Origin: Octopus bimaculoides
Lineage: Eukaryota
Direction: 5' to 3'
NCBI RefSeq assembly: GCF_001194135.2
Contig: NC_068989.1
Location: 8,579,614-8,612,602, forward strand
Length of the DNA stretch: 32,989 nt
Shown here: positions 12,092 to 24,225 of the stretch, one piece after another
Layout of the letters: every line of letters begins with the position of its first letter
How positions within the stretch are numbered: position 1 is the first letter of the stretch
The notes under the pieces: model-generated
Databases searched by the model: none
The model's input: only the letters and a program-made list of their open reading frames with translations
What the model was told of the DNA's origin: nothing
Made by a program: the position numbers and the translations under genes

Positions 12092-12320
12092 CGCTTGACC
12101 CGACGGTTAGGGTGTTGCACTCGTGAGATCATGGTACCCAAATCTTCCGTGATAATAGACTGACCTGCAGATCACACACTCCTCCACACAGTTTCTGCAA
12201 CTTTGTGTAGGCCTCTGAGCAGGTGTCACCATGCCAACATTCTCTATCATAGTCAATGCGACGATCACAGGCTACACACCTTCCTTCAGAGCACTGGTGT
12301 AAACGGCATAAGTGAGCTAA
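12092..12320 (+). mobile_element. CORE-type SINE (family C), heavily decayed
   Basis: Head ggttagggtgttgcactcgtgagatcatggt; the remainder is only loosely similar. Confidence 0.45.
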
Positions 12321-12470
12321 ATCTTAATGCACATACACAACAGAGGTCAAGGGCAATCTGTGCCAAGCGGGTTTACTATGCCTCGTTTAGTTTCGTTACT
12401 ATGGCAACAGTCCTGATAATTAACAATCAAACCTCGTACATACATACATACATACATATATATATATATA

Positions 12471-12775
12471 NNNNNNNNNNNNNNNNNNNNNNNNNNNNNN
12501 NNNNNNNNNNNNNNNNNNNNNNNNNNNNNNNNNNNNNNNNNNNNNNNNNNNNNNNNNNNNNNNNNNNNNNNNNNNNNNNNNNNNNNNNNNNNNNNNNNNN
12601 NNNNNNNNNNNNNNNNNNNNNNNNNNNNNNNNNNNNNNNNNNNNNNNNNNNNNNNNNNNNNNNNNNNNNNNNNNNNNNNNNNNNNNNNNNNNNNNNNNNN
12701 NNNNNNNNNNNNNNNNNNNNNNNNNNNNNNNNNNNNNNNNNNNNNNNNNNNNNNNNNNNNNNNNNNNNNNNNNNN
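12471..12775. other. Assembly gap
   Basis: N run between (AT)n and an AG-rich tract. Confidence 1.
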
Positions 12776-13013
12776 AGAGAGGGGGGAAACAGAGAAATAG
12801 ACAGATTAAAAGAGAGAAAAGATGAGTGAGAATCTAAGTGAAGTTAAAAAACAAAATGCCAACAACAAAAACCAGGTCGCTGTAGTTCACTATCAAAATC
12901 ATTAGTTTGACGCAAACAGAAGTTCTAATATTTAATGGTGATTTGTACGTATTACTTGTTCGGAAAAGTAAATGTACTTACCTATCTACATACACAAAAA
13001 CGCTGACATACAT

Positions 13014-13054
<41 letters not shown>

Positions 13055-13362
13055 CTTGTATATGCATATGTGCGTGTGCATATATATAAGCATATATTTG
13101 TGTATGTATATATGTTATGTACATGTATGCATATATACATATAAATACACACACATTAAACAGTTTTATCAAACATGGCAATTTAAAAAAATACCTTATA
13201 CTACAACTGTAAACATACATATATTTATGTGTGTGTCTTTGTGATCGTATGAATACATACGTATATGTACGTATGTATCGATATACATATTATAGAGGCG
13301 AATTATTTTTTCCGAACGAGTCGAAGTATAAGGAAAAACAATTGAAAAATCACTAGACGTAC

Positions 13363-13421
13363 CTTTACGTAACCGTCTACGCCATTTCATGATTTTCGAA
13401 AGAAGTGTGAGATGAAGTTTC
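13363..13421 (-). CDS. Candidate exon (KLHLTLLSKIMKWRRRLRK), phase 2 to 1, or a start exon MKWRRRLRK
   Basis: Acceptor atattgcgttatag|G and donor AAG|GTACGT; only one of three frames is open; internal ATG in context AAAATCATGA. Confidence 0.45.
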
Positions 13422-13702
13422 CTATAACGCAATATATTCGACTCTAAAGTTTTATTGTAAGGTTAACCCAGAATGTTATTCTGGTAGTTCGTATTTGACT
13501 GTGTGAGCAGTTGATTTAAAGCTTAATATCGAAATACTTTTGATACTACGCTTGATTGCTTTTGATTTGATTTTGTGCTATTTTTTTCTGTTTCAGTAGC
13601 TTCTGACTAGTTTGATATTAGTGATGAGCAATCCTGATTAATTAGTTCCCTCGTGATGTTGCCAAAAGCATTTGTAGAATCCCATTCTGTTTAATTTTTC
13701 AT

Positions 13703-13770
13703 TTACGTCAATTACTGTTGTTGATGGTTTCTCGAACGAAAACTATTGGTCAGCTAATTGATGACGTCAT
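13703..13770. promoter_or_regulatory. Putative CRE/CCAAT cis-regulatory cluster
   Basis: Palindrome ATGACGTCAT 13761-13770, ATTGG (CCAAT on minus) 13745-13749 and TTACGTCA 13703-13710, all within 70 bp. Confidence 0.35.
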
Positions 13771-14749
13771 TACATTATTTTGAAAGTCCGGTTGTTGTTG
13801 TTAAAGAAAATAACTGGAAAATAATCATCTCTGATCTCAAATTATAGACAGATAGGCGCTACATATTTACTTGAAATACTGTTATAGTTCATTCAATCGT
13901 GGTTTATATTTTTTAATATACACTTTTTTCTGTATTTGTCCCTATTTAATCTGTGGTTTTATCGAAAGAAATTTAGTTGGTTTATTTCCTGCATACATGT
14001 AAATATTCCCTTCCAGAAAATCGAACTTTTTGCCTATGAATAGTGAAACAAATTTAGTTTCGTTTGTTTATATAATCTTAGTTACAACATTATATTTAAT
14101 GAAATAAATGACAGTTTTTTTATGAAGACGTGAAGAGCTTCTTTTAAAAGAAAGACATGTCCTTATATAATTATTCTAGTAGAAGAATCTTAAAGAATAG
14201 CAATGTGACATTCAAATGGAGCAATGACATCATCAACAATCTCACCAAAAGCTTTCTTTCGGCAAAATAAAGAACTGAGTAATTAACGTGGCGTCAACTT
14301 TTGATGAGTTTATCAGGTAACGAAACAATCTGGATTGTTCACATCTAACATGAAATTATTTAAGAAATGCTTGAATAGAAAGATCAAATGAAATTAGCCA
14401 GGTATAACATCAGATGTATTTCGGTAATGCTATCAAGTACTGTCAAATATGACACCCAGTCATACTACGGCATAGTGTTCTCTATGCAACACAGATTTGC
14501 AGTCAAGAAAATATGAAACCGGTTACGTGAATGTTAATAAATTATCTGAAATTCTCGATGTGTATTTGAAATTTGTTCCTTATTCACTGTATACATACAT
14601 ACACACACATATATATATATACATACAAATGCCGAAAAACGATGACGTAAAAGACTTTCTTACTTCCCGAGCGTTAAACTAATACATCTGTGTGTTGTTT
14701 ACACACCCATCTTCGTCTTTTGTTTTTTTCGTAAATTCTCACTATATAT

Positions 14750-14750
14750 G

Positions 14751-14793
<43 letters not shown>

Positions 14794-14889
14794 TATGTAA
14801 TCATGTGTATAATTAGTCATATATATGCACATACGCACATATGCATGATACACACACACACACACACGCACATACACACACACGCACAT

Positions 14890-14920
<31 letters not shown>

Positions 14921-14921
14921 G
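14750..14921. repeat. (AT)n and (AC)n tracts
   Basis: Seen directly. Confidence 0.9.
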
Positions 14922-16462
14922 TATTACACAATTTCTAATTACAATATTGGATATATACCCTTTTGTCTCAAATTGAAAATAGGAAGAAATAATTATAAGT
15001 TTATTCTGTTGTTCTTGTGTTCCGTATTGATAATATTAATCTTAACAATCCATTCTCATTTTTTATGCAGTAAATATCTTTGCTTTATTGCCTAAATTGT
15101 AAACGTGAAAGAGTTAATTATTACACTGATTAGTATATCTGATTTGTTTTAATACTTTTCATCAAACTACACCTCCCTCTTTTACTCCTTCCGACCATGA
15201 TATATATATGTGGGAGTGTGAATGTGTGTTTATGTGTGAGTGTGTGTGTGTACGAATGTATGTATGTGTATATGTAAGTACAATATGTATGCTTTTCCCT
15301 TGCTTCAATTATGAATAGGATTGTATCCTTTTGATTCCACGTTTCCTTAGATTCGTCTTTTTATTTTCTATTTTTAAATATTATCACCCAGAGCATATTG
15401 TAGACAAAGGTTAAATGTATTTTGCAATATGGCGTGATTAATTGTGGTATGTGATCAATTGAATAACTTTTGGAATGAACGTCCGATCTTTTGCTATTAT
15501 ATGCAGTCTAAGGGTAGCTGTGCATTGTTATATTTATAATCACCCTCTAATAACACCAGTCTCTCCGTTGGATATGATTTCTACAAGGATCAAATGCACA
15601 GTTTTGAAACTGCTAATGTTTCCTAACACATCTAATCTATTAATAATTTGACATGATTTATCATCTGGTATATAGTAAAGAAAAAGGAAGCGGAACAAAC
15701 AGTTAGATAATGGATTGCTTTTAATTTATAATATGATGATAAATAATAAGTATGAATATGTTTTGGTTATGGGAGCAATAATCTATCTCCAACAAATCTT
15801 AACTCCTAACATTCAATCGGTTTTATAGTATTACATTTTATTACATTGAATTGCTTGCTACAAAGGTTTCTATACAGTAAAATTGTAATTAAGAAATATA
15901 TAGAGTTCGCACTTCAATTAACATCTGGAAGTTCTTTTGCAGCATATTTCACTCGAACAATATGTTATCAATCAAATATGCGTGGCATGTCGTTAATTTT
16001 TTAAATACGCTTTTCCTTCATTTTATCCCCATCATGGTGTTTTTTTTTTTTCTATCCTGCTAATATTGCCTCAATCCAACATAAATTTTGACATTTTCAT
16101 TAGGCATTCTGACAACTTGTCGCGATAAAAGATCAATTTTACATTTATTTTACAATTACCGTTTCTCATGATTTTAATCTCATTTTCTGTTTCTGTTCAT
16201 TTTTTATACATTATGGTTTATTATCTCTGTTATATGACAAAAGCTCTAATGAAATCAGGTAAACGATTGTAGCTCAGAAGAAATAGCTTTGCTGAACTAT
16301 CCAACAGTAGCATATTACATATACGTAACGAACCACACAAATACACATAGACACATATACACACACAGACACACAAACTCACACACACACACGTACACAC
16401 TTACACTGATATATATATATATATATATATATACATACACGTATATATGTATATGTGAATGC

Positions 16463-16600
16463 AGGCATGGCTGTGTTGTTAAGCTTGCCAGCCACGTGTT
16501 TTCGGTTTCTGTATTATGTGCAGTACCCGCCACCATCCGGCATGCACTCTAGTTCCGTGCCAACCAATTCCTTATGGGTGAATTTAATACATTTCGCCAT
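16463..16600 (+). mobile_element. SINE family B, decayed 5' part
   Basis: gcaggcatggctgtgttgttaagcttgcc..ccacgtg...ccaaccaattccttatgggtgaattt. Confidence 0.55.
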
Positions 16601-17488
16601 TATACATCTAAATGTACTCACTGAAAATAGCATGTAGGTGAATGTCTGTGACTTCCACCCTCTCTATCTCTCTCTTTCTCTCTCCCTCCCTCCACTCTCT
16701 CTCCTTCTCTCTGTATCTATATATGCATGTATTTATGTATGTGTGTATGTATGTATAAGCCAATACATATGAGCAAGTGTGTGACTTTATAAAGTGATAA
16801 AATGGGAAAGTAATGCTCTTTCTTAACCAATATAATTATTCAATTTACCAACCAATTTCTAATGTAATTTCAAAGATCTTCATTTAGCCCTTTAATAGTT
16901 TTTACCACATTATGTATCATAAACATTTATTCATATTTCTTTTACATCCGTTGCTTTTCATATTTATGCTACTCAATTGATTTGTTTATATGCATCAAAT
17001 ATAATTATGCAGAACATCATATACTTCCAAACAACAATCGTGAATATAGTTTTAGATAATGATATAAGTGACGTAACAAATACATTTCACAAGAGTGGAG
17101 TGTTATAGCTATAGCAGTAAATAATTTAGTGTAAAATTTCCAAGCAATTATTGTACGTATAATTAAAATCTAAGTGCTATTGTTTGGTTAACTGGAACCG
17201 GTGCCAATTTCTAACGATTTCGCTGAAATGCTATAATTATTCACTAATGAATATTTTTAATTTACTCTCTTAATAACTATAATCAACACACGCAATATTC
17301 GGGTTGGTGAATACATTGTGAATAACATTCTCGGAAGTGTTATTTAAAAACAAATTTTTACATAAGTTTTAGTAAGCAATAGTGGAATTGGAATAGTGTT
17401 TACCTAGATACTTTAATAGAATTTTGGAATAAGACGGGAAATAAGCAAAGGTTTCAATATGCGATTTCCGGCATTTCGATGACCTCAC

Positions 17489-17579
17489 CTTTATATTGTA
17501 GTTCAATAATTGAAATAGTCAAAATGGTATAGTGAACAGGATGCAGATTACCAGCTACAGCACAACATGACATCACTTT
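17489..17579 (-). CDS. Candidate exon (KVMSCCAVAGNLHPVHYTILTISIIELQYK), phase 0 to 1
   Basis: Acceptor catattttcag|A and donor AAG|GTGAGG; one open frame. Confidence 0.3.
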
Positions 17580-17606
17580 CTGAAAATATGATATCTAAAC
17601 AATATA

Positions 17607-17886
17607 GGTATTGTCATAACTATCTGGTTAAGAGTTTAGCTTCACAATCTTGTATTCGGTGGTTCGATCCTGCTGCAGTGTACCTTGGAGATCTGGAGAC
17701 GCACCTTCGCCTTTTATTTCTACTTGCCTAATGCCTTATGAGTAATACGTAGTGAAGGGAAATATATAAAGCCGGTTTCTCCAGTATCGCTTCTGATGTC
17801 AAACTGCAACCTTGCAGTTCGATGAATAGGGTGAACAAAACAGTACGACAATGAAATAAGTACTGAGCTTGGGGCACCACAAACTC
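17607..17886 (+). mobile_element. SINE family B, decayed copy
   Basis: tggttaagagtttagcttcacaat..ggttcgatcctgctgc..gtaccttgg...aataagtactgagctt. Confidence 0.6.
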
Positions 17887-17902
17887 TTATAGGCAATTCC
17901 CA

Positions 17903-18140
17903 ATCTTTTCTATTCTAGGCACAAGGCCCGGATTTTGGGGGAAGGGGGATAGTCGATCACATCGACCCCAGTTCGCAACGGGTCGACCCCAGTTCGCATA
18001 GTCGAACCCAGTTCGCAACTGGTACTTAATTTATCGACCCCGAAAGAATGAAAAGCAAAGTTGAACTCAGAACATAAAGGCAGACGAAATACCGCTAAGC
18101 ATTTCGTCCGGCGTGCAAACGATTTTGCCAGCTCGCCGCC
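17903..18140 (-). mobile_element. tRNA-derived SINE family A, full copy with 16-bp TSD
   Basis: Head GGCGGCGAGCTGGCAAAATCG on the minus strand; TSD TTATAGGCAATTCCCA 17887-17902 / TTATAGGCAGTTCCCA 18141-18156. Confidence 0.9.
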
Positions 18141-19229
18141 TTATAGGCAGTTCCCATTCATGCGAACAATGGAAAGAAGTAAAAGTATGAATGCTACTAC
18201 AGATATCAGACGCTTATTCTCCCCGATGTCTATCTTTCTGACGCTTATAAAACTTGATAGTAATATATTGGCACAAATACTCTCAACTTTACCCTGTTAT
18301 ACAAAATTGTCTATACTCATGCTTGGTATATGAGGGGAAAATGACCGATAGACATTCCAAGATAGTAGAGAGGCAGACTGAATACATTACAGAGTCTTCT
18401 TTGGTCTCTCTACATTCTGTGTGCAAACACTGTTGAAATAGTGTCTTCCTTTCATCGCTAACATGTACCAGAAAACCGAATACAGGACCTCTTACTCGAG
18501 TGCACGGTCTATCGTGTATATGGGCAAGATCTTACTCAAATCACACCCTATAGCCTTAAATGAGGAAAGAAATAATAAATTAATAATGTAATTCTTGGTA
18601 AAGTGTATCTTGGGAAGATATGGCTTAGTGAACGATGTGAACGCCTTTTGGTAACACATCTATTCAGCTAGGACTGATGTGGCATTAGGCAGCAACAACA
18701 TATACACGCAGGAGAAGATAATTATTGAAGATCATACTCAACACTAATAAGCATTACTGTCATGTCTAGTAAAAAGGAATCGATGTGTATAATAATAATA
18801 ACCACGACTGAGAGAGAAAAAGGGAGAGAAAGAGGATAACTAGCTTTCAACAAAATAAGTACCCAAGTCAATAATATATAACTATATGTTATAGATGGAT
18901 CGATTGCTTTGAACATATAGATCTCTTAAAACTGTTGGCTCTTTTCACGAGTTAACAGAATTCGACAGAGTATGAAAATGAAACATAATTACCCAGTCAA
19001 TTTTTCAAAAATGAAAACAAGAAGCAATTCCTTTTTCTAACGAAAGGGAGTTTAATATACTCATAGTTTGTGAAATTGTATAGTTCTTATTCTCACCATA
19101 ATTGTTGTATTTATTACGGTATATATCGCTGTAAATATTACTGTTCGCAGTAATTTGCTATTATTGGTTACTGTTATTGTTGTTGGTGTTTTTTTTTTTT
19201 TCGTTATTACCATTATTAGAGTCGAAATA

Positions 19230-19454
19230 AAGGCGGGGCGGCGAACTGGCAGAATCATTAGAACACCAGACGAAATGTTTACCGATATTTCACCCGTCTT
19301 TACATTCTGGATTCAAATTCCGCCGAGGTCGACGTTGCTTTTCCTCCTTTCGAGGCCGATGAAAGAAGTACCAGTGAAACACTAGGGTCGATATAATCGA
19401 CTAGTTCCTTCCGCCACAATTTCAGTCCGTGTGCCTATAGTAGAAAGGATTATT
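19230..19454 (+). mobile_element. SINE family A, full copy
   Basis: A-box-like TGGCAGAATCATTAG, B-box-like GGATTCAAATTCC, central GAGGTCGAC..CCTTTCGAGG..AGTACCAGT, tail GTGCCTATAGTAGAAAGGATTATT. Confidence 0.9.
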
Positions 19455-19469
19455 ACCGTCTCAATAAAG

Positions 19470-19570
19470 GCGCGAACGGATCTTTAATTTCTGACTTCAA
19501 ATTCTGCCGGAGTTGGTAAAATGAAGTACCAGTCAAGTACTGTAGTCGATATAGGCGACGAAACCTCTTC
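19470..19570 (+). mobile_element. SINE family A, degenerate deleted copy
   Basis: aaggcgcg...ttcaaattctgccgga...aagtaccagtcaagtactgtagtcgatat. Confidence 0.55.
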
Positions 19571-19957
19571 TCGTATTTACTAGTTCGACTATGAATTTTT
19601 CTTATTTTCCTGTCAAAGTTGATTTGAGGTCAGTTCACCTTGAAGCACAATAAAAATTAGTATGGATTCTATAATTCACTTTGAAGTGCCTATATTCGTT
19701 GTTGCGAGAGTGGAATTATTATAGATAAAGTGAGATTCGTTCTTTCAGCTGCCTTAGAAATGGTGGCAAATGTTAATCAAGAACGCATATTTGTTGTTTC
19801 TTCCCGGACAACAACGAAATTGAATTTTCCCTGAACAAGACAAAATTGCGAAAATTGTAACCATGAGTATTAATAAAAAATAAGAAACAGAAACAGAAAT
19901 ACATTTGACGCCGGTGTACATTTTTGAGTAACATGGCTGGACCACATAGAACCACAC

Positions 19958-20018
19958 CTGATTGATGTAAAACGAAGTTTGAATTTTCCATCTTGTCGAA
20001 GAGAAATTGCCTTGCTTT
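19958..20018 (-). CDS. Candidate 61-nt exon (frame uncertain, e.g. KARQFLFDKMENSNFVLHQS)
   Basis: Acceptor tttctatatgtacttattcacag|A and donor CAG|GTGTGG; all three frames are open. Confidence 0.3.
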
Positions 20019-20106
20019 CTGTGAATAAGTACATATAGAAAAATACCATAAAGATGTAGGAATACGTGCGGAAACACACACACATGCACATATATATAGA
20101 CAGAGA

Positions 20107-20107
<1 letters not shown>

Positions 20108-20164
<57 letters not shown>

Positions 20165-20272
20165 ATAGATACATAATAGACAGATATACAGATACATATA
20201 TGTGCATACACATGCATGTCCATATTCGTTTGCATATAACATATGTGTGTGTGAATATATATATATATATAT
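20108..20272. repeat. (AT)n(GT)n and degenerate AT/GT tract
   Basis: Seen directly. Confidence 0.9.
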
Positions 20273-21059
20273 CATATGAAGAGGCTTAGGTTGTATCCCT
20301 GTGTGTCATATATTCATGTATTGGTGTATGTATGTGCATGTGTGTGAGTGAACGTTTATAAGCATGTGTAAATAAATATGCGTGCGTGTGCTTGTGTAGA
20401 TTAATAATTTTCAGTTTTATACATACAATTATCTGTCAAAATAGCAAATTAGTTTTTATTTCAGTCTCTGAGTTCCCTCCTTAAATGTATTTATATTTTC
20501 TGAATTAATTATATTTTAATTTTATCTCTAACCGTAATTAATAGAAATGTTCTTATTTGACCTGTCTTATCGAACATCAGTGCTTGACTGTCTGATGTTT
20601 TTTTTTCTTTTTTTTTCCCATTGAACACAATATTTCTTGTAGTCTTTGAATCTATTGTTTCTTCTCTTTTCTTATTCATGTTGATTTGTACCATTTTGGT
20701 CCGATACTTTTTGATAAAATTTTCTTTTAAACTTACATCTATTGTTCCCAATTTTTTCACAGAGAGAAGAGATCAAACAATTATATGATGCAGATAACGT
20801 GATTGTTATTTCATAAGACCGTATAATGAAAATATATTGTGTATTATAATTAATATTTTTTAAATCAAAGGGATGAAATGAAATATAGGCCATCTCTAAA
20901 TACTTTATGATGTGGTTTAGGAGTTCACATAGAACTCATTTGTCTAGATAGATATAGACAGATAGATAAATAAATTATTTTACAACCCTGCAAGTAATAA
21001 TATGAGTATCAAAAATAGACCTAAGAAAACAAATTATTTCACCTCCCGCCTTTTCCCTA

Positions 21060-21920
21060 AATGATTTATCAACATAGGTAAAAGATTCCTGTCTCTGTTA
21101 GATTAACATTTCCCCATAAATCACAGGTACAGAAAAATAGCCGTTGTCCCAATATGAAGAATACCATTACACGCAAACACCACCAAGAGCTCACTCCCAG
21201 TGGTAACAGTCGAGACCTAGGAACTCCTCCACTCAACCAGGGGTGCATGATTAAATCCGTCATATAGCTACAGCTAGATTATGACCTAATGGAACTGAAG
21301 AGTTACATCGGGTTATGCAAAAGTGTCTTGAAAAATCACTATGTCAACCACATATCTCCCTTCTGGCACATGGACAAATGTAAAGCCACTAACTTGGCTA
21401 ACCTCGAATGAGGTTTGAAGTTTAACACCACTCAAGTTACAATCCAGTGAAAATATACTCTCTCCGTCTTTACAAGCGCTATGATCTCCTGTGTATTTAA
21501 TACTACGGTCGTGCCTCTATTGGTGTTCTTTCTCACCCTGAACGAGATCAAAAGCCGGTTTTTAAAACTGTCCTGCTTTGTGAACCCACGTTCACAATCT
21601 TCCTTTATATTCTCTAAATAATTCTATGGTCCTCCTTTCGTCGAACCTTCTTCTTCAAAATCTCCTCCTAGGTTCACTAAGTCCCCTTCTTTCTCCTGTT
21701 TCTCCTGTTTCTCCTGCCCCTTCTTCCCCTTCTTCTCCACGTTTCTTGTTCTTGAAATTCTTCTCCATTTCTTTTTTCTTATTATTCATTTTCATCACTT
21801 CTGCTTCCCTTTCATCTTTTCTTTCACCTCCTCTTTCATTACCTTCTCCTCCTCCTTCTTCCTTCCATATGAGATAGCATATTAATTCCTTTACATCTCG
21901 TGTCGATACATTCATGTTCT
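21060..21920 (-). mobile_element. Probable decayed LINE ORF1-like remnant
   Basis: A charged low-complexity leader (21655-21915) is followed by stop- and frameshift-broken protein-like segments (YLENIKEDCERGFTKQDSFKNRLLISFRVRKNTNRGTTVVLNTQEIIALV; SIFSLDCNLSGVKLQTSFEVSQVSGFTFVHVPEGRYVVDIVIF). Family assignment is by recall only. Confidence 0.35.
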
Positions 21921-22284
21921 TTGCTTGGTTTCTCGTTAGAATATTTCTTCCGTTGATTTTTCTGACGGTTTGAAGGCTAATTGGCTGTTTCAGGCCTGTT
22001 TCATTGCTGGTTATTAGTCATCTTTTGGTGACTGACTGCCAGTAATGTTTGGGTGTGTATGTGTGTGTGTGTTTATGTGTGTGTTTGTGTGTTCGTGTGT
22101 GTGCGTGTGAATTTCTGCAGGTATAGATTTAAAGAAATCTAGTAAAGTACCTGTCCTAATGGAAATAGATTCACGACAGGACGTGAATTGTAACTGGCTT
22201 AAGTTAAGATCCTTCATCACCTGATGAATTAAGGGGTATGGGAGAATATTTCTATAATATTTCTTTGTCTTCTAATTTGGCTAC

Positions 22285-22608
22285 TGCTTCCCAACCAAAT
22301 GGTTCCGGGGTCAATCTCACTGTATTACTTTGGGTAAATGCCTTCTAATCTAGCCTTGGGCCGGCCAAAGCTTTGTGAGTCTATTTGGTAAATGGAAACA
22401 GAAAGAAGCCCGTCTTATATATAAATATGTGGGCGTGTCTGTGTTTGTCCCAACACCATCACTTGACAACCGATGAGGGTGTATTTACGTCCCCGTAATT
22501 TAGAGGTTCGGCCTAAGAGACTGATAGAGTAAGTACTAGGCTTACAAAGGATAAGTGCTGGGGTCGATTTGTTCGACTAAAGGCGGTGCTCCAGCATGGC
22601 CGCAGTCA
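22285..22608 (+). mobile_element. tRNA-derived SINE family B (OR-type), near full length
   Basis: tgcttcccaaccaaatggttccgggg...gggccggccaaagctttgtgagt...gaaagaagcccgtc...ttgacaaccgatg...ggggtcgatttgttcgactaaaggcggtgctccagcatggccgcagtc. Confidence 0.85.
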
Positions 22609-23085
22609 ATACATATACATATATATACATATATATATATAAGATCCTTATATATATATACAGATTCTTATATATATCATTATATATAGTAGGATTGCAA
22701 TTGCAACGATTACTGATCGTTACATACATACGTGCATTTATAGATACATATACACATATATGTGTGCGCGCGAGTGTCTGTATGCATGTACATTGTAAAA
22801 AACAAAAAAAAACATTGGTGCAGGTTGAAGGTGAGAAGCGTGCTATAATATGTTATTTCGGTAACTACTTAAGAACTAATCGTGATATCGACCGGGTGTA
22901 AAGTTGCTACTTACTCGTAATTCCAATAGTAATTCTTATCTATAAATTTTTAATGAATTAGAATTTTTAAAGCGTGTAAACATTTGGAAATTACTCGAGA
23001 CGTTAGTATTTAATACCCTGAGTGGCTGTAGCGGTTTGGCCTATGACCAAGTTACAGATGTAAATATTATCTCTTAAGAACCCTC

Positions 23086-23318
23086 AAGGCGGTGAGCTAG
23101 CAGAATCGTTAGCACACCGGACAAAATGCTAGGCGGTATTTCGTCTGCCGCTACGTTCTGAGTTCAAATTCCGCCGAGGTCGACTTTGCCTTTCGTCCTT
23201 TCGGGGTCGATTAAATAAGTACCAGTTACGCACTGGGGTCGATATAATCGACTTAATTCCTTTGTCTGTCCTTGTTTGTCCCCTCTGTGTATAGCCCCTT
23301 TTGGGCAGTAAAGAAATA
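23086..23318 (+). mobile_element. SINE family A, well-preserved copy with a distinct 3' tail
   Basis: Contains AAGGCGGTGAGCTAGCAGAATCGTTAGCAC...GAGTTCAAATTCCGCCGAGGTCGACTTTGCCTTTCGTCCTTTCGGGGTCGAT; tail TTTGTCTGTCCTTGTTTGTCCCCTCTG...AAAGAAATA. Confidence 0.92.
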
Positions 23319-23514
23319 GGAATCGTTATAATGCTGGACGAAATGTTTAGCAGTATTTCGCCCGTCACTCCTTCTGCGTTCAAATTCCGCCGAGGTCGAC
23401 TTTGCCCTTCATCCCTCGGGGTCAATAAAATAAGTACCAGTTGAACACGTGGGTGGATGCAATCGACTCATACCCCCTCCCAAAACTGCAGCCCATGAGG
23501 CAAAATTTGAAGCC
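23319..23514 (+). mobile_element. SINE family A, second copy in tandem, slightly 5'-truncated
   Basis: GCGTTCAAATTCCGCCGAGGTCGACTTTGCCCTTCATCCCTCGGGGTCAATAAAATAAGTACCAG...CAAAATTTGAAGCC. Confidence 0.88.
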
Positions 23515-23617
23515 ATTATCTCCTAAGAGCCCCACATACCGAAGATTCTCATATAATTTACATGGTTATACAGCTTGCCGCTTTAGCCAATTGTCTCAAT
23601 ATATGGATCGTTCCGCT

Positions 23618-23714
23618 GGAGTACCAGTTGAGAATTGGTGTCGATGTATTCGACTAGCCCTCTCCTCCGAAATTGCTGGCCTATTTCCTATAGTAGAAAG
23701 GATTATTATTATTA
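23618..23714 (+). mobile_element. SINE family A, 3' fragment
   Basis: AGTACCAGTTGAG..GTCGATGTATTCGACTAG...CCTATAGTAGAAAGGATTATTATT. Confidence 0.8.
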
Positions 23715-23844
23715 CTAGAAATACCCGTGGAAATTGCACTTGCCACTTTGAGGTACAATGTGAGACATAAACATCTTCCCACTCGGTGGGAATATTACTT
23801 TATACTCCGTGGGAATAATCCTTTATTATAATCCTTTACGCTAT

Positions 23845-24011
23845 AGACACAAGGCAATTCGACTACCTCGACTACAGTGCTCATTTGCTACTTATTTTAT
23901 CAAGCCTAAAAGGAGAAAGGGCAAAGTCGGCTTTAGCGGACTGAGAACGTAAAGAAGGACGAAATGCCGCGAAGCATTTCGTCTTGCGTGGAAAAGATTC
24001 TGTTAGCTCAC
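23845..24011 (-). mobile_element. SINE family A, degenerate copy abutting the LINE fossil
   Basis: Reverse complement of head and centre: tacttattttatc..aaagggcaaagtcgg..gacgaaatgccgcgaagcatttcg..ttagctcacc. Confidence 0.75.
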
Positions 24012-24225
24012 CACTTTTTCGATCCGGTAATGACAACTTGCCATTTCCTTTATGAACCTTTTCATTAGGTACCCGCCTTCAACCCTTTCAATCGCGTCCA
24101 CCACAACTTCTTTTGCCAAAGCCACTAGACAAAGAAAAAAAATTGGCCTCCCTTCCCGTCCAAAAGAAGGAAGCGGGGCGATCTTCAAAATGTCCTCGGA
24201 CGATAGCCAGATCCCTCGTACACGT
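24012..24225 (-). mobile_element. Tx1/L1-like LINE ORF2 C-terminal fossil with one frameshift
   Basis: IWLSSEDILKIAPLPSFGREGRPIFFLCLVALAKEVV, then in a shifted frame WWTRLKGLKAGT, resembling octopus LINE ORF2 tails as I recall them (not searched). Confidence 0.6.

Noticed and set aside
11760-17076. Four TGACGTAA/TTACGTCA words (11760, 13703, 14643, 17069)
   Set aside because: A rough expectation is about one per window; scattered copies are not convincing on their own.
21626-21915. Proline/serine-rich and Glu/Gly-rich ORFs as host genes
   Set aside because: Low-complexity purine/pyrimidine-skewed tract, better explained as part of a retroelement remnant.
23760-23830. Short hairpin TTCCCAC-TCG-GTGGGAA and repeated GTGGGAATA words
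   Set aside because: A 7-bp stem between SINE fragments; expected by chance or local duplication.
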